The notes beneath the pieces were generated by a model. That model was not told where the DNA came from, did no database searches, and saw only the letters and a list, made by a program, of their open reading frames with translations. The position numbers and the translations under genes are program-made. 27,908 bases of DNA from a virus (lineage: Duplodnaviria; Caudoviricetes). Positions within the stretch are counted from its first letter, which is position 1; each line of letters starts with the position of its first letter. Shown here piece by piece: positions 26,318 to 27,908 of this stretch. The stretch lies in the IMG/VR virus record IMGVR_UViG_3300011335_000080, positions 1 through 27,908 of that record; one strand, 5' to 3'.

Positions 26318-27817
26318 CTAACCAACCATGATGTCCATCTCCATCTCTGGGCGTGTCGCAAAGTGTGTTGCAAGTGCCGAAGCCACTGCCGCGCACACTG
26401 CAACCGAAGAGGCGCGCCGGCCGATGATCCAACCGCCATCGCCCATTGGTAATCTCACGGCCGATAATATCTGCTTGGATAATTCTGCCTGTTTTCCGTG
26501 AATCAATCTCTTTGAGGTAATCGCACCGAGCAATTCATCGCAGCTCTGGCCGTAAAGTGCGCCATCGATGTCGATTACAGGAATTCCGGCTGGTGCAAGT
26601 CGCGCAGCTACGGCAGAGCTTGTTCTTTTGCTGAAAGCCACATATTCAAGCGGATACTTGCGTGCATAGGGCGCGATGTCGTTGGCGATAGCTTTATCGT
26701 CTAGCGAAATCGGATTGTGCCAGGTATGTAGAAGCTTGATGTTGAAAGTATCGTCCGCATTTTTCTGAGCGGCCACAAGCGCCCCATCTCTACGATCTGG
26801 CGATAAATCAAGTCCGAACCACGTCATTTTCTCAACGTCGAGATGAATCTCATTAGATCCACACTCTTCCCATTCCTTCACAGGAATCGCTCCGGAGATT
26901 GTATTGACCCACCGGCACAACACCTCCGTCTGGACGACATCTGGAGGATCATTGAGAACGGCGCGGATATTATCTTCGTGGATTGTGTGACCAAGCGCCG
27001 GATTGCTCGCGACCCAATTCTTTTCATCTTCAATCTTGTCCGAGAATGCTGACCATTCGAAATAAGCAATGTCATCGTTTCCACCAGCAGCCGATGCCAT
27101 ACCGCGCTCGCGTAGCTGATTCAAAATTAAACTATGTTGATCTCCGGCGTTTGAAAATGTCCAAAGCTGCGGATTCTTAGCGGCCATCATCGTATAGCGC
27201 ATCGCTGACCAGGCTTCGGTGTCTTTGAGCTGACGTGTCTCGTCCATGTACACAGTCTCCGGCTTAGCAAATCCACGAGCTGCTGCATTAGCTGCTTTGA
27301 CCACGTAGCGAGCGCCGGACATTAGCTCAATCTCTTCGGATCCGTGAGCCCAGCGAATCTTCTTTACTTGCTTTGCCAGTGATTCGTTGCTCTCGATAAT
27401 ACTGACCACGTGCCGGAAAGTCTCCAGCGATGTAGTCAGTACGTGAGCCGAACCTAATTGCAAAGATTCTTGCCAAAGGAAAAGGCGAGCCAAGATTGAC
27501 ATCTCCATAATTGTGGACTTGCCATTCTGTCGAGCTGCAACGACCACGACCAAAGGCGCGTGCCAGCGTCCGTCCGGCTTAATTTTCAAAGCGTGTTCGA
27601 ACACGAATTTTTGCCAGGGCATTAAATCGACGTTCAGAGAAGCTGCAAAGTCGATGATTTCTAAGCCCTTAGACGGTAAATCGTTGAGCCTAGAGTGGAT
27701 TCTGGGCGTTCCTGAGCCGATTAGACGCTCTGGTGTAGGAGAGATTCCCTGTTTGTCCCTGTTCGCCTCTGAGACGACCTTGAGCGCCCTTGTAGAGCCC
27801 TGTCCAGCCTTAGTCAT
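26318..27817 (-). CDS. terL: Terminase large subunit
   Basis: ARQNGKS, VYMDE, GLDLSPDR. Confidence 0.93.
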   Translation of the reverse strand: MTKAGQGSTRALKVVSEANRDKQGISPTPERLIGSGTPRIHSRLNDLPSKGLEIIDFAASLNVDLMPWQKFVFEHALKIKPDGRWHAPLVVVVAARQNGKSTIMEMSILARLFLWQESLQLGSAHVLTTSLETFRHVVSIIESNESLAKQVKKIRWAHGSEEIELMSGARYVVKAANAAARGFAKPETVYMDETRQLKDTEAWSAMRYTMMAAKNPQLWTFSNAGDQHSLILNQLRERGMASAAGGNDDIAYFEWSAFSDKIEDEKNWVASNPALGHTIHEDNIRAVLNDPPDVVQTEVLCRWVNTISGAIPVKEWEECGSNEIHLDVEKMTWFGLDLSPDRRDGALVAAQKNADDTFNIKLLHTWHNPISLDDKAIANDIAPYARKYPLEYVAFSKRTSSAVAARLAPAGIPVIDIDGALYGQSCDELLGAITSKRLIHGKQAELSKQILSAVRLPMGDGGWIIGRRASSVAVCAAVASALATHFATRPEMEMDIMVG

Positions 27818-27876
27818 GACTTGTGCTCTCTTGTGTCGGTGAAAACGGAAAAGGAAGAGTCAGAGGTGTCCTTGCT
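27805..27876. repeat. Second copy of the 72-bp block
   Basis: Exact match to 14036-14107. Confidence 0.6.
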
Positions 27877-27908
27877 TGTCCATAAAACACGCCTGTTCTG
27901 TTGCACTT
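27810..27908 (-). CDS. 3' end of another HNH endonuclease allele (5' truncated)
   Basis: KCNRTGVFYGQARTPLTLPFPFSPTQESTSHD*, in frame with the 14041-14340 C-terminus. Confidence 0.75.
   Translation of the reverse strand, partial: KCNRTGVFYGQARTPLTLPFPFSPTQESTSHD

Larger units (their letters stand above)
14108..27876 (-). mobile_element. Mini-siphovirus genome, unit B (one full 13,769-bp period)
   Basis: Complete gene set between identical 72-bp blocks at 14036-14107 and 27805-27876. Confidence 0.9.

Noticed and set aside
341-27842. Many plus-strand ORFs (e.g. 614-961, 10695-11177, 17891-18427)
   Set aside because: Antisense shadows of well-supported minus-strand genes, with no recognisable motifs.
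1-27908. Classical tandem prophage, PICI-type satellite or gene transfer agent
   Set aside because: No integrase, repressor, att site, primase or host genes are visible, and each unit has its own head, tail and lysis genes. Flanking sequence could change this.
1-27908. Simple rolling-circle concatemer or recent duplication
   Set aside because: The units differ throughout and in gene content.
1-27908. CRISPR arrays, tRNA or rRNA genes
   Set aside because: No spaced repeats or RNA-gene patterns seen; intergenic gaps are very short.

Overview
The whole window is phage DNA. It holds two related but clearly different copies of a very small (~14 kb) siphovirus genome joined head-to-tail, with every real gene on the minus strand. 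Unit B runs 27876->14108 (13,769 bp between two identical 72-bp blocks). Unit A runs 14107->1 and is cut by the window edge (~14.4 kb, as it carries an extra C5 DNA methyltransferase and a 27-aa micro-ORF). Gene order per unit: HNH, terminase large subunit, portal, protease-capsid fusion, adaptor, tail terminator, major tail, frameshifted tail chaperone, gp10-like, short tape measure, tail hub, tail fibre and partner, CHAP endolysin, holin, membrane proteins, Rad52/Sak-like annealing protein, small Zn-finger and nuclease-like genes, secreted lytic transglycosylase. I see no integrase, repressor, small terminase, helicase, primase or polymerase. Each unit instead has an oriC-like site (DnaA boxes plus an AT-rich tract) and promoters sharing a GACAC-N9-AAT motif resembling WhiA/WhiB sites, which points to an actinobacterial host. 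The sequence alone cannot show whether the heterodimer is biological or an assembly/library chimera.
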